From Psilocybe cubensis (lineage: Eukaryota): a DNA stretch of 64,000 bases. Below, one piece after another: positions 26,525 through 39,681 of this stretch. Numbering within the stretch: position 1 is the stretch's first letter; every line of letters begins with the position of its first letter. The notes below the pieces were generated by a model, which made no database searches, was not told where the DNA came from, and saw only the letters and a list, made by a program, of their open reading frames with translations. Where the stretch lies: NCBI GenBank assembly GCA_017499595.2, contig CM038998.1, forward strand, positions 1,488,001 to 1,552,000, written 5' to 3'. The position numbers were made by a program, and so were the translations under genes.

Positions 26525-27295
26525 CGGAGCGCGTGCACGTTGTGTGGCATCTACATGCATAATTGACTTTATTTATTTGCAATCGTGCTGAGCTAATGGG
26601 CGAACTTGTACTCAACATCTCATTTCTAAACCCCATCCAACCCCGTCTTTCCCCAGCACCGTCTCGAAACGACCCGGACAAGCACATGTATTGTGATGTA
26701 TTTTTACGGCCAGTACTGTCTTCATGTACACGGAATGGATTATTTAAGCGAAACAAGAGGACGGCTGGCCATTCGCGGTAGATGCATGCTTCCGTTTAGC
26801 CGCCTCCACTATTTTACAGATTTAGATCATTTATGTTATCTCAGACTCCAGAGTGAGTCGTCATTTACTTTACATAGTATGCACTGTGACTGATTTATCA
26901 CATAACGACTAGACTCGGGCCCTCCAGAGCGAGGTCAATGTGCATTGTGCTGACTTGCTCATGTGGCTCGCTAGTATCAAGACCAGCCAATCAAGACAGA
27001 AGTTATTACCAACTATTCCCAATCATTTCCAACTATTCAGAGTTCTTCCCATGCCCTTTCACCCTTGCAAGTATATCGAGATGTTATTTGAACGAAAATA
27101 TGCAACAAGCACCACATTTGGCTGATGCAGAAGGGATGCTGTCCCCGACACCAGGACGGTCTGCCACCATTGCCCATTGAATCACAAAGCTTAAGAATAT
27201 ACTATGTGGCTGCGCATAGGTATATAATAACTCAAATTTCTTCCCCAAACTTACGATTTGAACTTTTGACGAGCAAACTGCATTTTTCAACATCG

Positions 27296-29069
27296 ATGTC
27301 CCCTACGCCAAAAGATTTCGCGGTTGCCATCATCGGTGGAGGGTTGTGTGGCCTCGCTTGGTGCATGATCACGTTCAGATAAAGCATATGATGGCTGGCT
27401 AAAGAGTATATTGGCATACAGCGCACACGGCCTTGCCAAAGCGGGTATTCGAGTTGATCTCTTCGAATCTACAGTGAGAGTGTATGCATCATGCGACTCT
27501 GTTTGAAAATGACTTTCCTGACAGGCTCAATTTCATCAAGTTGGGGCGGGTGTTGGTATAGGTATTGGTATCTGTATTCCAAACCAACGACCATATGATA
27601 AGCCATACTCGCAGGGCCAAATGCTATTCGTGCCCTTGACAAGCTTGGGTTACTTGACGTTTTACTTAAAGCTGTTGACGAGCCAGAACCGAATCAACGT
27701 CTTTTCTTTTTTCTGGAGGGCGCTGGAAACCATGAGAAGGTTTTTGACGTAAGTAATTCTATTTTGGTGTATCGGCTTAGAGGAGACTAAGGATACCAGT
27801 ATCGAGAATCCTATGGAAATCATGGCCATCAGGGTCTCGCGGTATATCGGTACGTTAATTTCCGGTCTGTAGGTGTAACTCCATTGAAAACTCATCATAT
27901 CTTAAGGCCATTTTATTTAGATGCAGTCATGCCATTATTAAATCCCAACACTATCCACTTCAATAAGCGTTGCATTGCCGTCGAAGAAATTGAATCTGGT
28001 CGCCTTTTGTTGCGGTTTTCCGACGGCACTTTTCACGAGACCGATCTCGTTATTGGCGCTGACGGCATCAAGAGCACCATTCGAACTGCCGTTCTTCCTC
28101 CAAATACTCGTCACCTTGCTTTTTCTGGCTCGTATGCCTATCGTGCATTGATACCAATGGATATTTTAATGGCAGAAGGGATTAAGGCAGACATAAAGCA
28201 TCGACCTTATTGCTGGGTTGGAAAGAATAAGGTCAATTTACGCCTTTATCCGGTTCTGATCTGGCAATGACGCATTTGTAGCATATCATCACCTTGCCTA
28301 TCAAAAATAATACTGTGGTATGTTTGCACTGCTTTCCTTGCTGATATATGCTGGGTTATACTCACAATCTACTCAACCATTTGAAATACAGTTGAACATT
28401 GTCGCTCTCTACAATATCAGTGGCGGTGATATGATCCCCGAACTTCCTCAGCCATGGGTTGAGTCAGCATCCGAACAGGAGGTCATTGATCGATTCTCTG
28501 ATTGGGGGAGAGACTCTAGGGCTATTTTGAAGCATATGAAGCAACCTACCAAATGGTCAATTCACACAACCTACCCACCTCTAAAGAATTATGTCAAGGG
28601 TAAAATTGTTTTGATCGGTGACGCAGTCAGTATTTGTATATCCAATATTCTATCCTTATTGATGTGGTGTATATCTAGGCTCACGCTATGGTGCCGCACT
28701 TGGGTGCTGGAGCCGGACAAGGTTTTGAAGACACCTATGCTTTATGCCGGCTTCTCGCTCACCCTACTGTCCACAAGGCCAATCTTGAGGTTAGTTTTCA
28801 TATCAATGCGGCAGTCCTTTGCATATTTACGGTTAACATAGGATGCCCTGAAAATCTACAATGAGATTAGGCCTCCCCGCGCTAGTATGGTTTTAGAAAG
28901 AAGTATCAGGATGGGAAGGATATATGAAAACTACGGTCCAGGTCTTTACGACATCCCTGAAATGGTTCAGAAACTTACCGGAATGTGGGAACCTGTTTGG
29001 AATTTTGACCTTGAAACGCAGATCTCACGCGCTCTGCAATACTTTGATAAATTGAAGCAGAAGTTGTGA
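27296..29069 (+). CDS. FAD-dependent monooxygenase (salicylate hydroxylase-like, group A flavin monooxygenase)
   Basis: VAIIGGGLCGL (GxGxxG), VIGADGIKS (DG motif), VLIGDAAHAMVPHLGAGAGQGFED (GD motif); multi-exon. Confidence 0.9.
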
Positions 29070-29551
29070 AGTTATGCGAAGATAGGGGTGGCAAATCATG
29101 ATATGTATATGAAATTGTAATGCACGTCGCAGCTTGTAGATTGTCCTTGGATTGACAGGTAAACCCTCACAGTGTGGTGGCTCATGAGCATAGTGGCACC
29201 CGATTTATTTAACGTAGAAATAGGTATAGGCAATTATTTAAATCCATACATATTGAAATCTTGATCATGCGCTACATTGCACCAAACATGCAATTGCGAT
29301 AATAAGTTTTCTGATTATAGGCGCTTGCCATTTCGGACAAGCGCTCGAAAATTTATTTATAGACGCGAAAGTGATAACATCACAGCGACCTTTTGACTAC
29401 TCTGCACATGAGAATGAAGGTGCGAGATATGTATATCAATATTTCAGGGCGCACAAAAATCTACATTTCAGCAAAGTAGTAAAGTTTGTATACAACACCA
29501 AAATTCGAGGCAAATCAATGAAAAAATAGTTTTACCACGCAGACTCTGAAA

Positions 29552-30577
29552 TTAAAGAGTGGCTAAAGGGACAGTCCCAGAAGCAAAAATTGTGACGTCA
29601 CCGCTTAGTTTTAGTATCCCTTCTGCCTTCATATATGTCAAATTCAGATCCCCACTTCGATGGCTAACCATCTTTGCTTTGAACTGCTCGCCTGGTTTGA
29701 TTGGCAATTTCGAAGACCAGTATGGCGCCAGCACACCATGCGCCGAGCCACAAACATGGTCCTCATATGGCTCGGGTAACATTGAGGGAGAGAACATGCG
29801 GGAGACAAACAGTTGATCCGAGGTCGGCGATTTAGTTGTGAAAACATTGACGCTAAAACCAGTGGATATCTGTACGTATCGTTAGCCTTTCTTCAAGATG
29901 GGTAGTCAGCGTTAAGGGGGGCGTACTAATTCTTTTGCGTTTACAGAGGATCCGGCTAAGTCTTCATTTTCATGCAATTTCACTAGGACATCTGGCAGGA
30001 CCATGTCGCGATTAGACATACATAAAGGCATGCATATTTGGAACTTACATTGGCCGTAGACCTCACCACCGTTAACGATATCATCTATTTTAACTTCCCT
30101 TCCAAAGGATTTGTAGACTGCTTCCTTGATTCTTTCCTTGTGCTCGTCTGAAACGATGCCAGGAATGGTAGCAGGTATTTCTATCGCCACGGATCCGTCA
30201 TCGTGTTTGAAAGCCGATAAAATTTGCCCGTGCCCGTTTTCAAAGCGGATAGTATCTATACCACAAGCTACGGCTTCAGGTAAAGAGAACACCAGCTTGC
30301 TAGCGACAAGCAGCCCATGGCCACAAATTGGCACGGGCTTGCCATTTGGGGCAAAGAACCTCACAGAACGTAGCAAAGTTTTCTTTCTATCTGATGGAAG
30401 GGAGGAGGGCGATACCACGGAAAGCATTGGTTGGTTAAAGTTTTTGGCATATTCTCCCAAAGTTTCAATAGATATAGACTCCAGTGTGTCCAAGAAGAGT
30501 ACGGCCGCTGGGTTGCCCTTGAACGGAGACGTGGTAAACGCTGTTCCGAGATAAAATTGGGCGGTTTTCGATAACAT
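29552..30577 (-). CDS. PhzF / diaminopimelate-epimerase-like protein
   Basis: TAFTTSPFKGNPAAV, VRFFAPNGKPVPICGH, FVSRMFSP...EDHVCGSAH, SHRSGDL. Confidence 0.88.
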
Positions 30578-31274
30578 AGCAGAGGATGTTTGAGTATTTG
30601 TAGCAGATTTTTTGAAATTGAGCAAGGAGGGAAGTCATAAACGAATAATAATTAGTTAGTCACTTATATATATATATAAACGACCGACTCGAGTCATAAC
30701 TGTGATGATAGATATATTCCATCGGATATCTCGGCCGTTGGGAGTTTGCACAATATGGGAGGGAGTCACCTCCCACCATCGTACCTTTTTTTGTCGCTGC
30801 CGGCAGAGCTGCACTAGACAATCAGTTCCAGGAATATATTGGGTTTAGCAACTATTGAGTCTTATCTGGCCAAGGATTTTAAACTTGAACGATTTTCATT
30901 TTGCCTTTTGTCAGCAAGAAATTGCGCCTGAACCCGACGCCCTTGTATCCACACATAGTCGTACTTAATAGCCAGTTCCCTGTAAACCATAACTTCCCGT
31001 TTGGGATAACCACCCATACGAACGGAAAACCATTTTTCCTGTATCATGAATATATGTGGTCAACAAACACTGACGTCAAGAATGAACGGTGATTGCACTC
31101 CATCCAATTCTTCTTTGACCACGAACGAGGGAGGTTCAAGCGAGATTAGCCGAAATATGGGACGTCTGGAATTTGGAAATGCCTGAAATTGGTACATTGC
31201 TAAGTTTACAACCAAGTATAAATTGGAGATTTTATAATAGAAATTACCGTGGAAAAAAGCAAACTTTCAGTGGC

Positions 31275-32618
31275 TTATTGCCAGTCACAATCAAGGAGCT
31301 GGATTCGCCTTCGGCCAAGGCGTCGTTTCCATTCTTTCATTTCTCCCTGAACTCCAGCCTCCTGTGCCACGTTCGAAATACCCTTTGGCAGCCAACGTAT
31401 GTCCCTTGTATGTAGTACTGCTAGGTTGGGAAGTAAAGGGAGAAGTCGTTCAAGAACTCGCCAGAACTCGGCCGTTGGGCGAGGAATGGAGAGAATCTTG
31501 AGGCCATGTTTATCGGAAAGAGTTAACGGAGGAAGAGGAATTTCCAATGAAAGGTGATTAAGATCAGGTGCACATGCCAGTAAGTTTGTTGGTGAGGGGC
31601 GCAGCCGCGTCGGCCACGACTTAGGCGTAAATAGCAGTAGAGAAGTCAAGCGGGACCCATGAATGTCAATGAAATGTGAAGCCAAAGACGCTGGATACGG
31701 AATATCCTCGTAGGGAGTCAAAGTTAGTTTCCGTAAACGAGGAAGAGGTGAATGAAGTAGAGCGAGCATGAGAGGCGAGGAGTGCATTGATAAAATTGAT
31801 AACACCTGCAGTTTAGGGAGAGAAAGAGGCACAAAGTTTGTCATAGAGGGTAATTCTACTCCTTGGAATGGAATCTCAAGTTCGGTAGGGTCCAGTCCCT
31901 GACCGATGACAATCAATATTTCCAGGTTGGGGGTGAGTCTGAGAAGCTGCACGAAGGGGTCTAGGTCCGGTTCGGCGTTCTGTGGGGGGATATAACTAAG
32001 ACCAGAGATGGACCGAAGATTGATCGAGCCTTCTCGTCGCGCCAACGACAACAATGCTCCGCTACTCAAAACGAAAGCAGGGTTGATAGAGAGTGTTGAG
32101 AGGAATGGGATCAAGGGAAATAGGCGTGTGAGGATCCTATCAAGAAGAACAGCTTGGGCTTGACCCTCAAAAGTTAGTTCCGAAAGATCTAAGCTTTGGA
32201 CCCATCGTCCAGGTGTTGAGTAAGGGATGCGTCGTATAGAGTCCCATTTGCGGTCCGCAATATGGAGTTGGTTGGAAAACAATTCAATGCTTTTGATATT
32301 AGAAAGGTTGATAGACGCGTAAAGTAGAGGGAGAATTAGTGCCTGTGTGACATCCAGTTGAATAGAATACACTCGTGTGGAGAAAGTATCACTCACACTA
32401 AAGCTTTTGGAAATCGTCAAGGTAGACCAAGCCCATGGTTTTGTTCCGCTCCTCCCCGAATACCCAGCGAAGGCAAACTCAAATATCTCTGACCATATCT
32501 CAGATGGCAGAGGTTTCACTGGTTTTGGCTGGGGTAGTAAGGGAAGGAGGAGAAGGGCCCCCGAAAAGCTGGCATATGGTCTTGGTCGGAGAAGAATCGC
32601 AGTTCCGGTTGGGCTCAT
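31275..32618 (-). CDS. F-box-like / LRR-like hypothetical protein
   Basis: Long ORF with PLPSEIWSEIFEFAF (F-box-like), DRKWDSIRRIPYSTPGRWVQSLDLS and LxxL repeats. Probable in-frame intron at about 32343-32396; exact start uncertain. Confidence 0.7.
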   Translation of the reverse strand: MSPTGTAILLRPRPYASFSGALLLLPLLPQPKPVKPLPSEIWSEIFEFAFAGYSGRSGTKPWAWSTLTISKSFSVSDTFSTRVYSIQLDVTQALILPLLYASINLSNIKSIELFSNQLHIADRKWDSIRRIPYSTPGRWVQSLDLSELTFEGQAQAVLLDRILTRLFPLIPFLSTLSINPAFVLSSGALLSLARREGSINLRSISGLSYIPPQNAEPDLDPFVQLLRLTPNLEILIVIGQGLDPTELEIPFQGVELPSMTNFVPLSLPKLQVLSILSMHSSPLMLALLHSPLPRLRKLTLTPYEDIPYPASLASHFIDIHGSRLTSLLLFTPKSWPTRLRPSPTNLLACAPDLNHLSLEIPLPPLTLSDKHGLKILSIPRPTAEFWRVLERLLPLLPNLAVLHTRDIRWLPKGISNVAQEAGVQGEMKEWKRRLGRRRIQLLDCDWQ

Positions 32619-33167
32619 GGAGGCTCTGAAGCAAAATGTTAATGAGTATAGACCACGTATCGTGTTGAAGACGTGGATTTTATAGATATAACATGATAGA
32701 TGAGATTAGAACATAATGGTAGCAGTTGCGGGATATCCTTGGGATATTTCTATTTCTTGAGGAACCGTTCCCCACATTCCGTAATTGCCCCGCGTGGGAA
32801 CCAAACAAGATCTTGAGGGCCTGCATCCTCCCTTACTTCAAGGTAAGATTTAGTACTTAGTCATAAAATAAAACATAGTTTTTCATCAGATTGGCATTCC
32901 TCAGTCAAATGTCAACAGGGATTGGAGCATAGGTTACTTCCCGTCTCTATACCCCTTGAATAATAAAAAGCAGCCTTTGATATTAACCTAGGTCGATTTA
33001 TGTCTAGCTAGCGAAGCAAACAGCATGAAAACTAGATCTAGAGGCATTCACGGGTCGTCCACTGGCCCAAGTGGAAGTCTGAAATGGAAAACAGTCAAAA
33101 ATATCCACCAAAATGTGTTGTGTGGTGGTGGTGGTTCATAATATATCAGACCTATACCATAAACAAA

Positions 33168-34970
33168 TTACTTCGGGTCTAAAATATCTCCCATTTCCTC
33201 CACAAATTTATCGTAGTCACTCTTTGCAGACTTCATAGGTGTCGTAGGTTTCGGAGGAGCAGGTCCAAATTGGTTCTTGAGAGCATTTACAAGATCGGGC
33301 CGAGCAGGTGAAGTCTCAGCATCTCCTGAGTCTTCGACCAATGGTGCTGACGAGTTAATCACAGGTGCAGCATTGACTTTAGAACTAGAACCAGCTGGCG
33401 CTTTCTTACGCTTTACAGCCGTAGGAACAAACGCAGTCGCTTCCTTCTTAAAGTCACGAAGTTGAGGTGCAGAAAAAACTGTTGCAGCCGCCAACTCTGC
33501 AGCCGCCGTCGGTCTGGGAGGTAATGAAGGGTTAGGCGGCAGGGTTGGAGTAGCCTTTGGATTGGGATTAGCGGGCAGAGAAGGATGGGGAGGAGCAAGT
33601 TGGCTGGCTCTATGGGCTTGGAAAGTTTGATGAGGAACAGACGATAAGGGATCTTGCATTGCAGATGCACTTTGATTTCGAGGTAAAAATTTAGGAGGAG
33701 GGGGAGGAAACGCATTTGGAGGAAAAGGAGGAATCGAAGTCTGCAGAAATTGAGAGAAACCAGGAGGCGGTGGTGGAAGGGGGATACTGCCACTCCATCC
33801 AGGAGGTCCAGGAGGTGGTGGTGGGTACGAATTAGGTAGTGCAGCCGTATTAAATCCCGGAGGAAAAGGGGGAGGAGGGGGAGGGAATGGCATAGGTCCA
33901 CCCACAATTTGGAATCCGGGAGGAGGTGGGGGCGGGGGAGGTAATGTACTTCCCGGACCAGTATTTGAAGGCAAGCCAGAAGGCGGAGGCGGAGGTAATC
34001 CTACGGGAAGGGGATGAGATAACGGAGGCAACATGTTTTCATCTTCGTCTAAAAGCCCATTGTCTTCAAAGCAAGTCAAATATTTAAGGTGGTTGTAGAT
34101 ACCTTCATTTACTTCTCGACCCGGTAGGGGTCCATCCGGCATCGGGATATCGTCGTCACTATGAACTTCTTCTGTACCAGGCGGAAGACCCTGAGGCAAT
34201 GGAACATCGTCATCGTCATCGTCCTCATCCTCATCTGAACCACTGATAAATAGTGAATTTAACCATCATCGCGGGGGACATACCTTCCTCGGCTTCGCTG
34301 TCCACCTCACCAGGTAGTAACGCTAAGTAACAGATCAATACATGAAAAAACGAACCAAACGCATCATATATACACACCTCTTTCTAGGTATGGCATTCCA
34401 GGAGGAGCAACTCCAAATGGATTCATGATTGGGTCATAGTAGATACTGCGTTCTGGGTGACGAGGAAGGCCATTTTTGTTGAATAGATTGCGTTTCTTCT
34501 TGGTAGGCAGTTCAGGCTCAGGCTCTCCTTCTTTACGTCGTCGATACACCAGTCGCCTTTGCTCGGGATGTTCTGCAACATATTCGGCTTTCTTTTTGTT
34601 GATTTTTTCGAGTTCTGCCTTTAATTCCGCGAGTTTGACAGGGTCTGCGCGACTCTCTTCGAATTCCTTGATAGTATTCTCAAGATCTGGACAAGGAATC
34701 AAACCTCGTGGTAGAGGCAGTTGAAGAAGGGGCTACCTGTAGTATCTTTCTTCACTAGTGCAAAATCACGAGCTTTAGAACGCTCGGCCTTGTTCTACTG
34801 CAAGATTGCCATTAGAACAAAACAACAGTTCTGGGGGATAAACTGTGCCTTTTTGAGTTCTTTTTTGCGCAAGGCTTTGCCTAAGGAAGAAAATTCATAT
34901 GTGTATGCTCAGAATGTCATATGGAAAACTTACGGTGAGCATCTGCTGGGTTAAGACTTTTCTTAGCCAT
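33168..34970 (-). CDS. WW-domain-binding protein 11 (WBP11/NpwBP) splicing factor homolog
   Basis: MAKKSLNPADAHRKALRKKELKKNKAER (Wbp11 N-terminus), PERSIYYDPIMNPFGVAPPGMP, poly-Pro region, AAPQLR-like FSAPQLRDFKKEATAFVPTAVKRK, DYDKFVEEMGDIL. Confidence 0.9.
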
Positions 34971-35151
34971 TGTTATAGGGAAGAAACGACAGCGGATCGA
35001 ATGGATTGCTAGGCCCGGGACCGGGCACGTGGATACGCTTGAGTCATGACATAGAGGAGCGACTTCACACAGGGCCTCTAGTTACCCTTTCCAGTGAAGG
35101 TCATCCTTCCTACTGGCAGGGAGTCTTATCAGCCCATCGACACACTTTCCA

Positions 35152-37322
35152 ATGACTAGCACTCCTCGATCTGTCCAGGTACCTACCCCCAAACGTCTCT
35201 CCAAGATGCCCTCCAATCAGGCTGTGAATTTGAATCATCTCCTCAACTTCACCTTGCCTCCGAGGCAGACCCGGCCCTTGAGTAACCTGCCCAGGAGGAG
35301 CAGGAAGACAGGTACATCGCAAGGTGTCTGGAACAAAGAACGTGAGTTGAGATATTTTCAGTTTTGTGGTCATCTCTCCGACCTCCAAGGTTACCATGCA
35401 GGGTTTGTGAATGCTCAGTATCGCTTCGTCATGAATCCTACGGGTGATTACACTGTGCATTTCGCTGATCCGGATATGTAAATACACATTTGCATAAGTC
35501 TGCTACTTCGAAGTGTGTTGATAAGTTATATGTTCTAGCTTTTTCCAATGGCAGGACATTCTTCAGGTTATCATACCTCGTTCGTCCGCATTAGCAACCG
35601 CTGCCGCATCGGAGGAGCTCTCTGGACAGGGTGAAGGCTATACTACATGCCCAATTTGTCTTTCTCCCCCAACTGCACCTCGCATGACAAAATGTGGTCA
35701 TGTCAGTCGTAAACATTTTATAACAAGGACATAACTGTTAATCTATCTAACAGGTCTTTTGCTTCCCTTGTATTCTGCATTATCTAAGCACATCGACGAA
35801 CAAATGGGCTCGTTGCCCTATATGCTTTGATTCTGTCAATGAGAGGCAACTTAAGAGCGTCAAATGGTACGATGGACCTGTGCAGTCGGATGAAGATGTT
35901 GATAGCATGCACGCCGAGGGATCATCGTCGTCATCCACCGTCAATTTAGGATTTGATAGCACGACGCCTCGTGCTGGATCTTTCTTGCGAATGAGACTCG
36001 TCCAGCGTCCGCAAATCACTACGCTTGCGCTACCCCGGTCGCCCACATGGCCTTCGGACCTCCTTCCTCCTCATCAGGCTCCCTTCCACTTTCTCCACGA
36101 TGTTTTCAGTTTTGCAAAGTTTATGTTAGCGACACCTGCGTATCTCATTGCCAGTTTAGCAAAAGACCTCGATGAACTTGCAGACGAGCGTCGCATTTTA
36201 TCATCAATGAACGACACTCTCGGAGTCATGTTCATTGATGGTGCAGACCATAAAGTCCGAGAACAGATTGCCAAAGCTGCTGCGCTAGAAACACCCGCTC
36301 TCAAGGAAAAAATTGAAAAGGCCCAACACGCTCAACAGGAGATCGACGAAAGAGTGGCTTTTCACACCCAGAGAAAGAAAGCCGAGGAAGAGGCATACTC
36401 ATCTGCATCTACACTTGTATCTGAGATTCCCCGCGAGTTCCTTGAATCTCGATCAAACATAGCCAACGCCCCTAACCCTCCAGTGCGACCGGCGGTGGAA
36501 AATAACATTCCTCCCCAAAGTCGCAACCAGCCGCGCCAGCGACGAAATCTCAATCCACCTCCTCCATCAACATCAACTTATTATTATTACCAAGCTGCCT
36601 CCGGCCTTCCCCTGTTTTTGCACCCTCTCGACATAAGAATCTTGTTATCTCATTTCAACAGTTACTCCGCCTTTCCAGACACAATCACAGTTCGGGTTGA
36701 ATCTGCAAACGAAGGTTCTGTTGATGACGATCTGCGAAAACGGTGCAAATATCTGGGTCATATGCCAGAGGGTGCAGATGTGGTGTTCGTTGAAGCCGAT
36801 CTGGAGGGAGTTGTCGGTGCTGAGGGCCTCAAGAACTTTGAAGGCCCTCTAAAAATGCGTACGTCACGTAGGAAGGAGAAAGGCCGTAAAGAAGATCGCG
36901 CTCGTCAGCGAGCAGAAGAAAAGGAGAGGGAGAATGCACATCTACCATGGCTGTCGTCGGCTGGGTACAGTACAAGCGCTCCCGTTTTAATTGCAGACCT
37001 TCCTAGAGAAGACCTTTCTGCGTTAGGAGAACTATCTCCAGCGGGCTCTTTGCAGACAGACACACTGCCTCCAGCTCCAGTTGTTACAGCACCGGGTGCT
37101 TGGGGCGCTAGGAGTTTTGCTTCTGCGTTGCACTCTTCGTCTCCTGCGAATCGTTCCTCTGCCGGATCGCAAAGAACGAGACAAAGTGTCGAAGATGAAT
37201 GGGATATTGACGTTGCCTGGCACGAGCTTGAGCAACGAAGCGGCAACAGCGGCGGGCGCAGAAAGCGTGCAAACAAACTAGTAGTGCTGGGCAGCGGTGG
37301 CGGTGGGGCCCGCCGACGGTGA
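35152..37322 (+). CDS. RING-finger E3 ligase RNF10/Mag2-like
   Basis: NLNHLLNFTLPPR, FVNAQYRFV, RING CPICL...CGHVFCFPCILHYL...CPIC, YYYYQAASGLPLFLHPLDIRIL, LRKRCKYLGHMP. Confidence 0.9.
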
Positions 37323-38188
37323 AGGAACAAGTTTTCAAACACCTTTTTTCTGTCCTGTACTCTCTCAACCACCTTGTTTGTTGACGTTATTGCTTTCTTT
37401 TCCTTTCGTTACAGTCCGTCCCTTTCCAGACACAATTTAAGTGTAGATATATACAATCGACATTCCACACCCGAAACGTTACATTTCCTTGGCGCTCTTC
37501 ATTGGTTTTCAATTATACATCATCATCATCATACATACAAACATCCATATCTTTCTTTTATCAGTGTAGCAACAGTACAACAAAGCATGAGTATACTAGT
37601 AATATATTTATATATTTCCAGGTCGCTGCTGAAGTACAAAGGGGAATTGAATGGCGCCTGCTGACCTAGAATCTGGCTATGATTTGGCGTATGTCCATGA
37701 TGGCCTTTCTTGGACATCGCTCTTGCTGGAAGGATGTTGATAGAACACATCCTCCAATGGCAAACGTGAAATCCTTTCCGGAGGTGTCACCGATAATATC
37801 ATCAAGATTCTGTTCGGACCATTATGAAGAAAAAGCAGACAAAAAACAATGTTACCGGGATATAAAGGGGTCGGGAAGAAAAAATGGTCGGCATATAGAC
37901 CAAATAAGATAGATGGATACAACATATACAACAGTACATCGAGAGAGAATGTGTATGCTTTGAAATGCGAGTTTCCGTGTGAAGTGTGTCTTGAATTTGG
38001 GAAACAACGATGTATAGCCGTTGGTTGGTCTCCATATAATTAAGAGAATGAGAAGAAGGGAGAATGGCATAGCTTGTCGTAAGCAGTTGGGTAATATGTC
38101 GTATCGTGATATCAAGTGATCAAACCTCCATGTGTGAAGGAAAGATCCCAATGGTATGTTTGTTTTATGGTATCCGCCCAGGGCCACT

Positions 38189-39430
38189 TTAGATTATTTG
38201 CAGATAATTAGATGGCGCAACTGCGGAATGAAACGTTAGACACAAGTTTCGAAAGTAAGGAATACACATACTTCCAGTCGTTCCATCACTTTTCTTAGCC
38301 TGCCACCACTTTCCTTGCTTGTCTACGATATCAAGAATCTCTCCCTTTGTGAATGAAATTTCATTGGGGTCATCAGTATTTGCGACATCTGCAAAATCAA
38401 GTCAGATTGAGGATTACATGAGAATAGTGATGACATACAAGCATATAAGGCCTTGGCCTTGTACGAGTAGCTCTCCGTTTGAGCTTGAGGCTGTTCAGGG
38501 TTTGTCCCTGTAGTAGAGTTTCCAGCGCCAATTCCAGCCATTAGCGGTGAGTTTGGACCGTTATCGTTGATAGAGCCAGGACCTCCAGTAGTTGTCTGGT
38601 TGTGAATACTGCCTCCACCTCCTGTTCCTCCCATGCTCCTAGTCATGTTGTCGTTCAAACTACCTCCAAAGCTGTTCTGACTTCTGATGCCAGTTTGGTT
38701 GGGACTGGAATAAGCACCACCGCCTAACTTGGCGTCATAGGCATCATGTGATCCGATACCTCCGCCTTGGGCGTAGTTGGTCGGATATCCGTTGCCGGCT
38801 TGCATATTCATAACTGACTGAGTCCGTCTACGACGCCGTGAAGGCGGTGTAAGGCCACCTGTGCCCAACATGTTGAAGATATGAAGAGTGAGGGAATCTT
38901 CTTCTGATGTGAAATAGAGGACCCATAGAATATCGACGATGGCCAGGATAAGCCAACCTGCGCCTAGCGTATTGAGAGCACTGTTTGAAGCAAATATGCC
39001 CAATGTGACGCCCTCTACGGCAAACACAATAGCAATTGCACCGAAGACTGATATTTGGAAGCGATTCATGGATATTGAATCTGTCGCGAGGGTGTACAAG
39101 ACACCGAGGATGAGGAATAGTTGGAGGAAGATGGCGAACCAGGATGAGCCAGTTGCTGCTCTACCACCTGTGTGCCGGGTATTAGATGCAACATGCCATT
39201 GAGCGAAATAGATGGATACGCACCGTCTGCTGGAGTTGCGGTGACAATACATAGTGATATGAACGCGGTCAACCATCCTGCCTATGGACCATCGCGTTGC
39301 GCTGTCAGAGAAGAGCGCGCGGAAATATATAGGAGACAATACATACGACGGAGAGGAAACTGGTAAAAAGAAAGAGATAATGGGTAAGTATTGGAGTGAA
39401 GTCAAGCCCTTCGTTTCCACGGGGAGGCAT
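38189..39430 (-). CDS. SHO1: High-osmolarity signalling protein Sho1 (4 TM + SH3)
   Basis: Four hydrophobic segments ([51 protein letters not shown]) and a C-terminal SH3 KAKALYAY...[20 protein letters not shown]...APSNYLQII. Confidence 0.93.
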
Positions 39431-39681
39431 GGTTGGAGAGAGAGTGCGAAATGTGCAAATGGTCAAAGTTGGGAATGACCACACTACTCTTGCATTTTCT
39501 CACGCTTACAACAAGAGTGGCTTCAACAAACTTGAAACTTGGCCAGTAGCTGAGAGCTCGTTCCTACAGATCCGCCAATATTTTCTGACAGATTCCAAGC
39601 AATCCCATAATTTATCACAGCCGAGCAGGCTTCTATTTCTGCCCATTTCCTACTCTCACACACCCTTTAACCCCCTCAGTA

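Noticed and set aside
25813-30577. Secondary-metabolite gene cluster
   Set aside because: No PKS, NRPS, terpene synthase, prenyltransferase or RiPP precursor is seen in the window.
33540-34010. GGA/GGT-rich repeat-like tract
   Set aside because: Simply the poly-proline coding region of WBP11 on the minus strand.
37529-38187. Overlapping short ORFs between RNF10 and Sho1
   Set aside because: Mutually overlapping on both strands with no motif; consistent with convergent 3' UTRs.
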